Shown here: one piece after another, positions 50,810-61,269 of the stretch
Layout: every line of letters starts with the position of its first letter
Position numbering within the stretch: the stretch's first letter is position 1
Assembly (NCBI GenBank): GCA_040220235.1
Contig: JAVJTO010000026.1
DNA length: 64,000 bases
Source of the DNA: Coleofasciculus sp. B1-GNL1-01
GTDB lineage: Bacteria; Cyanobacteriota; Cyanobacteriia; Cyanobacteriales; Coleofasciculaceae
Direction: 5' to 3' (one strand)
The notes under the pieces: model-generated
What the model saw: only the letters and a program-made list of their open reading frames with translations
Told to the model about the DNA's origin: nothing
Databases searched by the model: none
Position numbers and translations under genes: made by a program

Positions 50810-51601
50810 ATGAAGGAGAATACGAGTCATTTGCAGCAGGAACAAGTTGAGAAGCTCGAAGAAATAGGCGCTCGCCTACGTCAGTTTCGCCTCGAACAGT
50901 CGATTACCTTAGAGGAAGTTGCGGCTCAAACCCGAATTCAGGCACGGCTTTTACAGGCGATTGAAGACGGAAAAATCGACCAGTTGCCAGAGCCTGTATA
51001 CATTCGCGGCTTTATCCAGCGATTTGCCGAAGCACTGGGACTCAACGGTGCAGAACTTGCCGATTCTTTTCCCGTGGGAGCGAGTATCCAGTTGATCAGA
51101 CCTCGTTGGCGGCATTTACCCGCTGCTCAATTGCGACCGCTTCATCTCTACCTGCTCTATATTATGTTGGTGATTGGTTCGGTCAGTGGTTTATCTCACA
51201 TTCTGAGTCGCTCGGCAGTGCAAGTAATTGAAGTTGACAATACCCCCTCTGCCCAGCAGTTTCCGACACCAAAAAAGCCCGAACCCAGACCACCGAAACA
51301 GTCCCTTGATATGAACCAATCGGCGGAAATTAGTCACGCCAGCCAAGATGGTAAACCCGTGCAGGTGGGTGTTACCCTGAAGGCTCAGTCTTGGATTCGA
51401 GTCGTTGTGGATGGTAAAACCGAATTTGAAGGCGTCTTGCCCGAAGGCACCCAGCGGACTTGGGTGGCGGATCAACAACTGATTGTCCGGGCAGGTAATG
51501 CCGGAGGCGTCCTGGTCGAGTTTAATGACCAAAGTGCTAAACAAATGGGCGCCCCCGGTGCGGTTGAGGAAATGACCTTTGCGGCTAATCCTCGGTCTTG
51601 A
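50810..51601 (+). CDS. rodZ: RodZ-like HTH + DUF4115 protein
   Basis: IGARLRQ...LPEPVYIRGF; TM; SWIRVVVDG...RAGNAGG. Confidence 0.8.
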   Translation: MKENTSHLQQEQVEKLEEIGARLRQFRLEQSITLEEVAAQTRIQARLLQAIEDGKIDQLPEPVYIRGFIQRFAEALGLNGAELADSFPVGASIQLIRPRWRHLPAAQLRPLHLYLLYIMLVIGSVSGLSHILSRSAVQVIEVDNTPSAQQFPTPKKPEPRPPKQSLDMNQSAEISHASQDGKPVQVGVTLKAQSWIRVVVDGKTEFEGVLPEGTQRTWVADQQLIVRAGNAGGVLVEFNDQSAKQMGAPGAVEEMTFAANPRS

Positions 51602-51629
51602 TCGTCTGTTTGCTCAACAGGTATAACCC

Positions 51630-53138
51630 TCAAGAATCATGCGGTGTCCGACCATAAGTATAAATTAGGGTTTTGATGCGATCGCGCAATTGATCCGTTA
51701 AGCTCTCTGCTCGATAACGCCATTTCCAGTTTCCCTCAGATGTACTGGGACGGTTCATTTGGGCGTCTGCACCCAAATCCAAGAAATCTTGGAAGGGAAT
51801 CATGGCAAGATTAGCGACGCTGCTGTAGGCTAACCGGATTAAATCCCAATTGATGCCTTCATCACTTAACCCTCCTAAGTAACGAATCGCATTTTCTCGT
51901 TCATAGTCGGGGATCTGGTTAAACCAGCCGATTGTCGTGTTATTGTCGTGAGTCCCGGTATAAATCAGACAGTTGCGCTCTATGTTAAAGGGTAAATAGG
52001 GATTATCTGGACCGCCACCAAAGGCAAAATGCAAAATCTTCATCCCCGGAAACCCAAATTGATCCCGCAATGCCTCGACTTCTGGGGTAATTACACCTAA
52101 ATCCTCAGCGATAATCGGGAGTCCTTCTAATTCCTGCTTGAGGACTTTGAAAAATTTAGCTCCTGGTCCTTTGACCCAGCGCCCATTCATAGCAGTGTCT
52201 TCACCTTGGTCAACCTCCCAATACGCCTCAAAGCCGCGAAAATGATCGATTCGCAGCACATCGACGTACTCGAACATCATCTTCAGGCGCATGATCCACC
52301 AGTGATAGTTATTATGTTCCATGCGTTCCCAGTCGTAAATCGGGTTTCCCCACAATTGACCGGTTTCACTGAAATAGTCTGGGGGAACACCCGCCATCAG
52401 CGAAGGTTCGCCTGTTTCCTCATCAACGGCAAACAGGTCTCGGTTTGACCAGACATCAGCGCTATTATGGGCGACATAAATCGGGATATCACCAATAATC
52501 TGGATATTATGGTCATTGGCATACTGCTTCAACCATGACCACTGGCGGAAAAACTCAAACTGGAGATACTTTTGGTAATAGATGCGATCGCTTAACCGTT
52601 CTCGCCATTCTTTCACCGCTTTGGGTTCGGCTTTGGCAATGTTTGGCTCCCACAAATGCCAACTCACATCATCAAAGGTGTTGTGGAGTGCCATAAATAA
52701 GGCATAATCATCCAGCCAATAGGCGTGACGCTGACAAAATTGCTCGAATTCCTCTTCTTGTTCCGGGGACGCTTCCCGCTGAAAGCGATCGCAAGCTTTG
52801 ACCAGAAGCGATTTTTTCATGGGAACGGCTCGGTCAAAATCGATAGAATCCGGGGGAAACTCAGGTAAATGAGCGAGATCTTCATCCGTGAGTAGCCCTT
52901 TCATTTGTAGTTGTTCTGGGCTAATCAACATCGGGTTTCCAGCCATGGCGGAGTAAGACATATACGGCGAGTTACCAAACCCCGTGGGTCCGACGGGCAA
53001 GATCTGCCAAAATCGCTGATCGCTAGCCGCCAAAAAATCAATAAATTGATACGCTGGTGAGCCTAAGTCCCCGAATCCATAGGGACTGGGGAAGCAAGTG
53101 GGATGCAGCAAAACACCACTCGATCTAGGAATCTGCAT
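51630..53138 (-). CDS. malQ: 4-alpha-glucanotransferase
   Basis: GVLLHP, GVPPDYFSETGQLWGNP, RIDHFRGF, AEDLG, TGTHDN. Confidence 0.96.
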   Translation of the reverse strand: MQIPRSSGVLLHPTCFPSPYGFGDLGSPAYQFIDFLAASDQRFWQILPVGPTGFGNSPYMSYSAMAGNPMLISPEQLQMKGLLTDEDLAHLPEFPPDSIDFDRAVPMKKSLLVKACDRFQREASPEQEEEFEQFCQRHAYWLDDYALFMALHNTFDDVSWHLWEPNIAKAEPKAVKEWRERLSDRIYYQKYLQFEFFRQWSWLKQYANDHNIQIIGDIPIYVAHNSADVWSNRDLFAVDEETGEPSLMAGVPPDYFSETGQLWGNPIYDWERMEHNNYHWWIMRLKMMFEYVDVLRIDHFRGFEAYWEVDQGEDTAMNGRWVKGPGAKFFKVLKQELEGLPIIAEDLGVITPEVEALRDQFGFPGMKILHFAFGGGPDNPYLPFNIERNCLIYTGTHDNNTTIGWFNQIPDYERENAIRYLGGLSDEGINWDLIRLAYSSVANLAMIPFQDFLDLGADAQMNRPSTSEGNWKWRYRAESLTDQLRDRIKTLIYTYGRTPHDS

Positions 53139-53296
53139 AGAAATAGACCATAGTACAGCAAAGCAAGTCCTATCGACATTAGCACGCTAGGGAGGCGTTA
53201 AAAAAGAGCGATCGGGGTAGATTTAAATCTGTCACCAGAGGTATTCTGAAAACAATACACCCATCGTGATCGCTACCCGTTACCTGAACTTAGCTT

Positions 53297-53725
53297 GTGA
53301 CTTACCGAAATCCCGTTCCCACCGTCGATATTATTGTCGAACTCATGGATCGACCCTCGCGACCGATTATTCTGATCGAACGCAAAAATCCCCCCCTAGG
53401 CTGGGCAATTCCTGGCGGCTTTGTCGATTACGGGGAATCGGTGGAAACCGCAGCGGTTCGCGAAGCGAAGGAAGAAATTGGCTTACAGGTGGAGTTAATT
53501 GAGCAGTTTCACGTCTATTCGGCACCTGACCGCGATCCGCGTAAGCATACCCTGAGTATTGTATTTCTCGCCACGGGGACAGGCGAACCCCAAGCCGCTG
53601 ATGATGCTAAGAATTTGCAGATTTTTAATCTGTGGGAGATTCCCACGAATCTATGTTTCGATCATGACCAGATTTTGCGGGATTATCGGTATTATCGCCA
53701 TTATCAGGTACGACCTCGTTATTGA
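53297..53725 (+). CDS. NUDIX hydrolase
   Basis: Nudix box [23 protein letters not shown]. Confidence 0.92.
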   Translation: MTYRNPVPTVDIIVELMDRPSRPIILIERKNPPLGWAIPGGFVDYGESVETAAVREAKEEIGLQVELIEQFHVYSAPDRDPRKHTLSIVFLATGTGEPQAADDAKNLQIFNLWEIPTNLCFDHDQILRDYRYYRHYQVRPRY

Positions 53726-53753
53726 GGAGCTGGGGAAAATGGGGGAGATGGGG

Positions 53754-53860
53754 TAAGCTGTTCGGCATTTAAACCGTAATGTCAATAATGAATGGCGCAA
53801 TCCTTGTAGTGCGAGCATCTTGCTCGCTACTAATACCCAATTCAAATGCATAACAGCTTA
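53754..53860. mobile_element. MITE with imperfect TIRs
   Basis: TAAGCTGTTCGGCATTT ... AAATGCATAACAGCTTA; copies at 57938-58065 and (partial, inverted) 17572-17633. Confidence 0.75.
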
Positions 53861-53917
53861 GCAAATAACCAAGGACGAATGACGAATGACGAATGACGAA
53901 GGACGAAGGACGATCCA

Positions 53918-55234
53918 ATGAATGCGATCGCACAAACTCTAACCCCGATTGTAGGTGACTCTAACATCTACCAAGGGGATACTTTACCTCCGCTATGGCG
54001 AGAGCGACTCCAGAAGGCGTATGGCGTGGAAACGATTACCAGTACATTGGTTTGCCCTACCACAGTTAAACAGCTTTGTCAAGTAATGGAGTCTGCCAAT
54101 ACCCATAACTGGCAAGTTCTCCCCGGCGGAAATGGGAGTAAATTAGCCTGGGCGGGTGTCGGTAAACCCGTGGATTTGGTGATTAGTACCCAAAACCTGA
54201 ATCAGGTGATTGATCATGCGGTGGGTGACTTGACGGTAACAGCGCAAGCGGGTGTGAAATTGGCAGATTTACAGCCAATACTGCTGAAAACGAATCAATT
54301 TTTGCCTCTCGAACCCGCCTACCCAGAAGCCGCCACCCTGGGTGGAATTATTTCGACGGCGGATAGTGGCTCATGGCGACAACGCTATGGTGGGGTGCGG
54401 GATATGCTATTGGGGGTTTCCTTTGTCCGCAGTGATGGACAACTTGCCAAAGCTGGGGGACGAGTGGTGAAAAATGTGGCAGGTTATGACTTGATGAAAC
54501 TGTTGACGGGGGCGTATGGCACCCTGGGAATTTTGACTGAGGTGACGTTTCGCTTGTATCCCGTACAGGAAGCCTCGGGGACAGTGGTACTCACCGGAGA
54601 CGCTGACGCGATCGCATCAACAACTAAAACTTTACTCGCTTCCGCCCTAACCCCTACAGCCGTAGATTTACTCTCGTCTGGATTAGTTAAACAATTAGAT
54701 ATCGGTCAAGGGATGGGCTTAATTGTACGCTTCCAAAGCGTCACCAAAAGTGTACAGGAGCAGTCGTCCCGTTTACTAGAGGTGGGGCAACAGTTGGGAC
54801 TACAAGCCACACTTTATCAAAATAACGATGCAGCGAGTCTATGGCAATCATTACCAGAACAAATCTGGGGAATGCCCCAATCTACCTCGATTACTTGCAA
54901 AATAGGAGTAGTACCAACAGCGGCAGTTATGACGTTAACTGTACTGGATACTCTCACCTCTGGAACGGGATTAGGGTTAATTCATGCAGGAAGTGGCTTA
55001 GGAAAAATGCGGTTTGAACCCGAAACAGTGAAACCTGAAACGATTTTAAAGATGCGAGAGCATTGCCAATCCCACAGTGGCTTTTTAACGGTACTAGAGG
55101 CTCCAATTAGTGTAAAGCAGCAGCTTGATGTTTGGGGATACAGGGGTAACGCTTTAGATATTATGCGTCAAATTAAACAGAAGTTTGATCCGAAAAGCCT
55201 TTTAAGTCCTAATCGATTTGTCGGAGATATTTGA
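53918..55234 (+). CDS. glcE: Glycolate oxidase FAD-binding subunit
   Basis: ATLGG, GGRVVKNVAGYDLMKL, GTLG, KFDP. Confidence 0.85.
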   Translation: MNAIAQTLTPIVGDSNIYQGDTLPPLWRERLQKAYGVETITSTLVCPTTVKQLCQVMESANTHNWQVLPGGNGSKLAWAGVGKPVDLVISTQNLNQVIDHAVGDLTVTAQAGVKLADLQPILLKTNQFLPLEPAYPEAATLGGIISTADSGSWRQRYGGVRDMLLGVSFVRSDGQLAKAGGRVVKNVAGYDLMKLLTGAYGTLGILTEVTFRLYPVQEASGTVVLTGDADAIASTTKTLLASALTPTAVDLLSSGLVKQLDIGQGMGLIVRFQSVTKSVQEQSSRLLEVGQQLGLQATLYQNNDAASLWQSLPEQIWGMPQSTSITCKIGVVPTAAVMTLTVLDTLTSGTGLGLIHAGSGLGKMRFEPETVKPETILKMREHCQSHSGFLTVLEAPISVKQQLDVWGYRGNALDIMRQIKQKFDPKSLLSPNRFVGDI

Positions 55235-55421
55235 AGACAGAAGTCACAGAAGCAGATTTGACCCTTCACAACTCTCAATGGAACCTGGTTTTTACGAATG
55301 TAGGGGCGGGTTTTACTATTATCTTTTATTTTGCTCCTGAATGTGATTAAACCCGCCCCGACTAAACCCCTAAAGTCTCACAATTTATTTATTTCTGCAC
55401 ATCTACCTCAAATAAAGCAAT

Positions 55422-56825
55422 ATGCAAACGGATTTTAAATTTCCCACACCCGATTCAGTCAAAGAAAGCGCAGCAACAGCCCCCTTAGAAACGGAACAAA
55501 AGGATTCTCAATCCCCTGGCTTTGATGCCAAAAATCCTCCCAAACAAGACTTAATCGATACTTGTGTTCACTGCGGATTTTGCCTCGCCACCTGTCCCAG
55601 TTACCGAGTGATTGGCAAGGAAATGGATTCGCCTAGGGGACGGATTTACTTGATGGATGCGATTAACAAAGGTGAAGCCCCATTAGCTGAGGCGACAACA
55701 CAACATTTTGATTCCTGTTTAGGCTGTTTGGCTTGTGTGACCACCTGTCCTTCTGGCGTACAGTATGACAAGTTAATTTCAGCCACACGTCATCAGGTTG
55801 AACGAAATCAGCCTCGGAGTTTAGCGGATCGAATTGTTAGGGCGTTAATATTTAATTTGTTTCCTTATCCGGGACGCCTGCGCCCCTTTCTTGCGCCACT
55901 TTATCTGTATCAAAAATTAGGATTACAAAAGCTGGTTCGGTCTACAGGATTATTAAAGCAAATAGTCCCCCGTTTAGCGGCAATGGATTCAATTTTACCG
56001 CAAATTACCTTACAGTCCTTTCAGGATAACTTCCCCGATGTGATTCCGGCGCAAGGGGAAAAGCGGTATCGAGTGGGTGTGATTTTGGGATGTGTACAGC
56101 GGCTATTTTTCTCCCCCGTTAATGAAGCCACAGTGCGAGTATTAACGGCGAATGGCTGTGAAGTGGTGATTCCCAAAAGTCAAGGGTGTTGTGCTGCATT
56201 ACCCGAACATCAGGGACAAACAGAACAAGCCCAAGCCTTGGCGCGACAGATGATTGATAGTTTTGAGGGAACGGATGTTGATTATGTGATTATTAATGCC
56301 GCAGGCTGTGGTCATACGTTAAAGGAATATGGGCATATTTTAGACGATGATCCAGTGTATCGCCAGAAGGCGCAAGACTTTGCGGCAAAGGTGAGAGACG
56401 TGCAGCAGTTTTTGGCTGAGGTAGGATTGACGGCGGAGTTGTCACCATTAACCGATAAACCTTTGACCATGGTGTATCAAGATGCTTGTCATCTGTTACA
56501 TGGACAAAAGATTTCCGTACAACCGCGTCAACTATTACGAAAGATTCCGGGAGTAACATTACGCGAACCCATCGATGCAGCCCTGTGTTGTGGGAGTGCG
56601 GGGGTTTATAATATGCTGCAACCGGAAATAGCGGATGAGTTGGGACAGCAAAAGGTTGAGAATTTGTTGAATACGGGGGCGGAGTTAATTGCGTCATCGA
56701 ATCCGGGGTGTTCTCTGCAAATTAAGAAGCATTTAAACTTGCAGGAGAAAGAGATATCCTTGATGCATCCGATGGAGTTGTTGGATTATTCGATTCGGGG
56801 GGAAAAATTGGCGATTGGGGATTAA
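55422..56825 (+). CDS. glcF: Glycolate oxidase Fe-S subunit
   Basis: CVHCGFCLATCP, SPRGRI, CLGCLACVTTCP, two CCG-type domains. Confidence 0.88.
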   Translation: MQTDFKFPTPDSVKESAATAPLETEQKDSQSPGFDAKNPPKQDLIDTCVHCGFCLATCPSYRVIGKEMDSPRGRIYLMDAINKGEAPLAEATTQHFDSCLGCLACVTTCPSGVQYDKLISATRHQVERNQPRSLADRIVRALIFNLFPYPGRLRPFLAPLYLYQKLGLQKLVRSTGLLKQIVPRLAAMDSILPQITLQSFQDNFPDVIPAQGEKRYRVGVILGCVQRLFFSPVNEATVRVLTANGCEVVIPKSQGCCAALPEHQGQTEQAQALARQMIDSFEGTDVDYVIINAAGCGHTLKEYGHILDDDPVYRQKAQDFAAKVRDVQQFLAEVGLTAELSPLTDKPLTMVYQDACHLLHGQKISVQPRQLLRKIPGVTLREPIDAALCCGSAGVYNMLQPEIADELGQQKVENLLNTGAELIASSNPGCSLQIKKHLNLQEKEISLMHPMELLDYSIRGEKLAIGD

Positions 56826-56846
56826 GGAATTGATGTAGGGGCGCAC

Positions 56847-56906
56847 CGACGTGCGCCCTTTCATATCGACGTGCGCCCTTTCATATCGACGTGCGCCCTT
56901 GAATAT
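56847..56906. repeat. 20-bp tandem repeat x3 derived from a GTAGGGGCGCAC REP arm
   Basis: CGACGTGCGCCCTTTCATAT at 56847, 56867 and 56887. Confidence 0.8.
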
Positions 56907-57185
56907 CCTGTGTCCGGCAAATCACCCCTAATAAAAAATGTCGCGCCCAGCCTCTTATACCTGAAGGGGTGACGGGTGTAGGTTTTTTATTTAAGGGTGG
57001 AGACAAGACAAGGACGACAAGGAAGGAAAGAAGACAAGGGGGAAAAACTGTACAGAATTCGGTTCGGTCAAACTAACTGTAAAAAGCCGAAACGCCCTAT
57101 TTTTCGTTAAAACTCTTCCTTGTCTTACCTAAACCCCAATCTTAAAAAACCTACCCTTGTGAGTTGGGGGAGAGGGGGTTGTGGC

Positions 57186-57926
57186 TTAAGTTGACACGAC
57201 AGGTGCAGGGACAATAATATAACCCGTGCTAACCTCACCCAATACCCAATTTCGCTCAATTCCCCAATACCACCAGTAAGCCGCAATATAGGCACAGATT
57301 AAACTATCCAGTTTATCTTCTAGTTCCTTCAGCGTCGCCCCCGTAAATCGTTCCGAAAAATTACCATTTAAACCATCAATCCCATCAAATTTTGGTTCTA
57401 AACTCGGCAATACCTCCCGAATTAAATAATAAAGTTTTAATAATTCCCCTTGACGCTCTGCCAGTTTTCCTTTTTTATATTTCAGAATCCGATTTAATCC
57501 AAACAAATGCACGATGGCGGGATGGGGAAAAACCTCGATTTGATAGCGTCCCAGGGTTTTTGGCGTTATCTGGGGGGCGTGAATAAACCCTCGTGCTTCC
57601 AGACTCAAACCAAACTCTATTGTACGTTGAGCAAAAGGGCGTTGGCGATTGGCGGGATAACAACCCGCGTGGTAATGGTGAAAATACCGATGGCTGAGTT
57701 TATCCGGGAGGCGCATTCCCGTAACATTGGGAATCAGCGTGGGGGCGTCTACAGCGATGATGGCGGGTTCAGTGGCGGCTGTCCAATCATCAATCCAATT
57801 CAGGATATCAGCGGTAGTTTGTTTGCGGTTTAATTCTAATAGCTGAAGCTGTCCATCTGACCAATTGAGGCAACATAAACCACTCGCGCCCGACGTCCAA
57901 CCGAGATCAATTCCGATAAATTTCAT
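57186..57926 (-). CDS. DUF429 (RNase H-like) protein
   Basis: FIGIDLGW, VDAP, IEVFPH, DKLDSLICA. Confidence 0.85.
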   Translation of the reverse strand: MKFIGIDLGWTSGASGLCCLNWSDGQLQLLELNRKQTTADILNWIDDWTAATEPAIIAVDAPTLIPNVTGMRLPDKLSHRYFHHYHAGCYPANRQRPFAQRTIEFGLSLEARGFIHAPQITPKTLGRYQIEVFPHPAIVHLFGLNRILKYKKGKLAERQGELLKLYYLIREVLPSLEPKFDGIDGLNGNFSERFTGATLKELEDKLDSLICAYIAAYWWYWGIERNWVLGEVSTGYIIVPAPVVST

Positions 57927-57937
57927 AAGATAAAGAA

Positions 57938-58065
57938 TAAGCTGTTCGCCATTTAAACCTTAATGTCAATAATGGTGAAATTCTTGTAGTGCGTTTAGCG
58001 AAGCCATGCCGCAGGCTTTGCATCTTGCTCGCTACTAATACCCCATTTAAATGCATGACAGCTTA
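57938..58065. mobile_element. Second MITE copy with an internal ~25-bp insertion
   Basis: Aligns to 53754-53860 apart from extra sequence at 57994-58019 and small differences. Confidence 0.75.
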
Positions 58066-58270
58066 AGGAAACAAGCCTCAGCATCTTTCCGAGATTATTC
58101 ACTCGGCTTCCCTTTGTTCAGACTCCTCCCACTTTCATCCGCTTAGCGTGTAGGATAAGACACAGCAGGTTCTCAAACGGTGTAATAACGAGACATAAGA
58201 TCAACAAATTCCACTCTTGTTTGGCTATATTACATCAAGTCGGAAAATACTTTACCTGCTCAATTGACTC

Positions 58271-59182
58271 ATGCCATACCTTACGCAAGCCCAAGATATT
58301 GAACGCGCGATCGCAAGCTACACTCAAGCCTCTATCCTATGGTTAGATACGGAAGTCGCTGACTATAAAACCGATACGCCGCAACTATCGTTAATTCAAG
58401 TCTTGGCGGATGGGAAAGACCTCACGGCTGAGTCTGTCTCGATTCTCGATGTGTTATACCAGCCGGAACTCGCTGATGAGTTTATTGCTAAAGTAATGTA
58501 CAATCCGGCGATTGAGAAAGTTTTTCACAACGCCAGCTATGACCGGAAATTTTTGGGTAAACGTAAGGCAAAAAATGTCACCTGTACCCTGGAACTGGCA
58601 AAAACCATTCCCTACTATCGCCTCCCGGTCTCCAATTATCAACTGAAAACCTTAACTGAATATTTTGGGATATGTCTCCAGGTTGATAAAACCGAACAAA
58701 CAGGCGACTGGAGGAAACGCCCTCTCTCCCCCCGCCAACTGGATTACGCGGCTAAGGATGTTGTCTATGTGGCTCACCTTCACCGTCATTTATTAGACCT
58801 CGCTCAACCTGACCCCGCCACTGAGGATATTGAAGCCCTAACCCTACGATATCGGCAAATCGAGCATCGCTGGAAGCAACTGGATACGGAAATTCAGCAA
58901 ATTAAGGAACGGCTAAAAGCGGCGATGCAATCGCAAAACGTCAAAAAAGTCAATGGATTTCGCTTATCCAGTCAAAATCGCACCAGTAAAAAAGTTGCGT
59001 TTCATCAATTAGCAGACGTGACAAAAAAGCTAGGGATTGAGTTAGATATATCAGTACAATTGACGAAATCTCTACAACAAAAGTTAGGGGAGGTAATGGA
59101 AGAATTGCCTGTAGAAGAAGAGAATAAAACGACTTGGCGACTCTCGATTACTGAGCCAGAGGAGGAGGATTTGCCGTTTTGA
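58271..59182 (+). CDS. RNase D-like DEDDy 3'-5' exonuclease with C-terminal coiled coil
   Basis: WLDTE, VFHNASYD, QLDYAAKDV. Confidence 0.85.
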   Translation: MPYLTQAQDIERAIASYTQASILWLDTEVADYKTDTPQLSLIQVLADGKDLTAESVSILDVLYQPELADEFIAKVMYNPAIEKVFHNASYDRKFLGKRKAKNVTCTLELAKTIPYYRLPVSNYQLKTLTEYFGICLQVDKTEQTGDWRKRPLSPRQLDYAAKDVVYVAHLHRHLLDLAQPDPATEDIEALTLRYRQIEHRWKQLDTEIQQIKERLKAAMQSQNVKKVNGFRLSSQNRTSKKVAFHQLADVTKKLGIELDISVQLTKSLQQKLGEVMEELPVEEENKTTWRLSITEPEEEDLPF

Positions 59183-59300
59183 CGGGGAGTGAAACTGTTG
59201 ACTGTTACCGGTTCCCTGTGACACACAGATCGTGTTACCGATCGTGTTACTGAGCGAAGCGTTCGACGGCTCGATACCATCTACACTCATGCAGCAAGCC

Positions 59301-59519
59301 CTAAATAACCTTAATCAAGCCGTGACGTACTCCATAAATTAAACGGGTAATTGCATCTTCAGCCTCAGGACTCAATGTATCTTCTAACGGTGCCGTCATT
59401 AAGTCATACCACTGCGAGAAGGTAATTTGTCCAGTTTGCATGGTTTGGGCAAACACTAGGGCTAAATGAGATGAGCTGCGGTTAACGTCCCGTCGTTGTA
59501 TTTTTTCTGTAAGTATCAT
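59301..59519 (-). CDS. Small cyanobacterial hypothetical protein
   Basis: GQIT...LSPEAEDAITRLIYGVRHGLIKV pattern. Confidence 0.6.
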   Translation of the reverse strand: MILTEKIQRRDVNRSSSHLALVFAQTMQTGQITFSQWYDLMTAPLEDTLSPEAEDAITRLIYGVRHGLIKVI

Positions 59520-60083
59520 AAATTTACCAAATTCTAAAAATATTCTTAAGCCACACCAAGATTTTAATCAAAATCTTAGATTTTGTCTGTAAAAATAGAC
59601 GATAAACCCTGAGTTTTTAAGTAAAGATTTGTAACAACAACGAAAATTCATCGCTACTGTTACGGCTTTATGTTCCAACACAAAAGCGATCGCGCCCAAC
59701 CTCTTATACTATCATTGACCACCCTTGCTAACCTGACTTGACTGGGGCTAAAAACGATGACCATCGAATTCATACGCCATTTTTATCGGGCGACTGATCC
59801 GGGGAAGCCTCTGTTTGCTCAAGATCCATTAGTTTACGCTAAATTCTGGTCGCCCTAATTTTCTCTCATCACGGCGGAATTAGCCCTGCTGAAAAAGGGA
59901 GACCAGATGTTGCTTCGCTTTTTGTTCTATGGGAGGAGATTGGGAGAGGAGATCTGAGGTGAGGTCAGGCGGGTTTTGTTGTGCATTTATTGGTAAATAG
60001 CTGACGTTAGTTCCTAAACCCGCCCCTACATTAGTTTCTAAACCCGCCCCTACAATCGATGCCAATCTCCAATCACGAAATCA

Positions 60084-60818
60084 TCAATCTCCAATATCCT
60101 GAAGCGCCTGTCGCAAATCATCCCTAATCTCTTCAGCACATCCTTTAACAGGTTTATGACAGTAATCTGCCACCGATAAAGGCGAACCAATATGAATATC
60201 AACATCGCATCCCTGGTGCGGTACAGGTTGACTGTAATGAATCCGAATCGGCACAATTTTAATTCCTAAACCCGGTTGATCCGTTTCTGCATGGAGCGCA
60301 ATCCGAGCCAATCCTGGTTCTAAGGGTTGGATTTCTTCCGTCCGAAAAATATTGCCTTCAGGGAAAATAACCAGAACTTTTCCCTTCTCCAATAACTCAA
60401 TTCCGTGACGCAGACTGGAAATTCCCGGATGTTTAGGATCAACGGGAAATCCGCCTAAACGACGAATAAACCACCCTTGCACGCCTTTCATTTCATCAAC
60501 CGACACCATAAACTGCAAATCCCGTCCGGTAATATCTCGACCAGCGGCATAAGCTAACATCAGCGCATCCCAGCGAGACCGATGGGTGGGTGCAAAGATA
60601 ACTGGACTATCCTTGGGTAAATTCTCCCGTCCCTTGACCTCAATCTTGCCAAAGTAAAAAGGCAAAACTAGGTGACGCCCTAGGGGATAGACTAGGCGCA
60701 CTAACCAGGGGGAAACATGAGAGGTAGTTGCCTCTTCCTTAGTATGGGTGGAATGGTCTTGAGTTTTGTCGGGGGATTTAGTCTGGCTCATTGTGGCAAT
60801 TGGTGATGTGCAAGCCAA
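60084..60818 (-). CDS. plsC: 1-acyl-sn-glycerol-3-phosphate acyltransferase
   Basis: THRSRWD (HX4D), GGFPV, IFPEG. Confidence 0.85.
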   Translation of the reverse strand: MACTSPIATMSQTKSPDKTQDHSTHTKEEATTSHVSPWLVRLVYPLGRHLVLPFYFGKIEVKGRENLPKDSPVIFAPTHRSRWDALMLAYAAGRDITGRDLQFMVSVDEMKGVQGWFIRRLGGFPVDPKHPGISSLRHGIELLEKGKVLVIFPEGNIFRTEEIQPLEPGLARIALHAETDQPGLGIKIVPIRIHYSQPVPHQGCDVDIHIGSPLSVADYCHKPVKGCAEEIRDDLRQALQDIGD

Positions 60819-61269
60819 AAATTTTCATTACAGCTTTACCTTAGGTGTTATGACCTAGACTATCCTCTGCCTAAAGGTTGATGACGTTAGTTCGTAGTTC
60901 GTAGTTCGTAGTAAGGGCTTTAGCCTTGATCAAAGGAAGCAGCGCCAGAGAACGAGGAAGGCATAAATAAAGGTGGGTTGTGTTGATATCACTATATCGG
61001 TGAGCCAGGGCGGGTTTTGTGGTTCATTTACTGATGGCTATCTTAATTTAGCGCCTAAACCCGCCCCTACAATCGACTGGACTAGGGCGGGTTTTGTGGT
61101 TCATTTATTGGTGGCTATCTTAATTTAGCGCCTAAACCCGCCCCTACATTAGTTTCTAAACCCGCCCCTACAATCGACTATAATTGCCCAAAAATCTGCC
61201 TGTTGAATGGTGCAAGACTTACTTCACCTATGCAACCTTCAAATCAGGTACAGATACTCAAACAACAAT

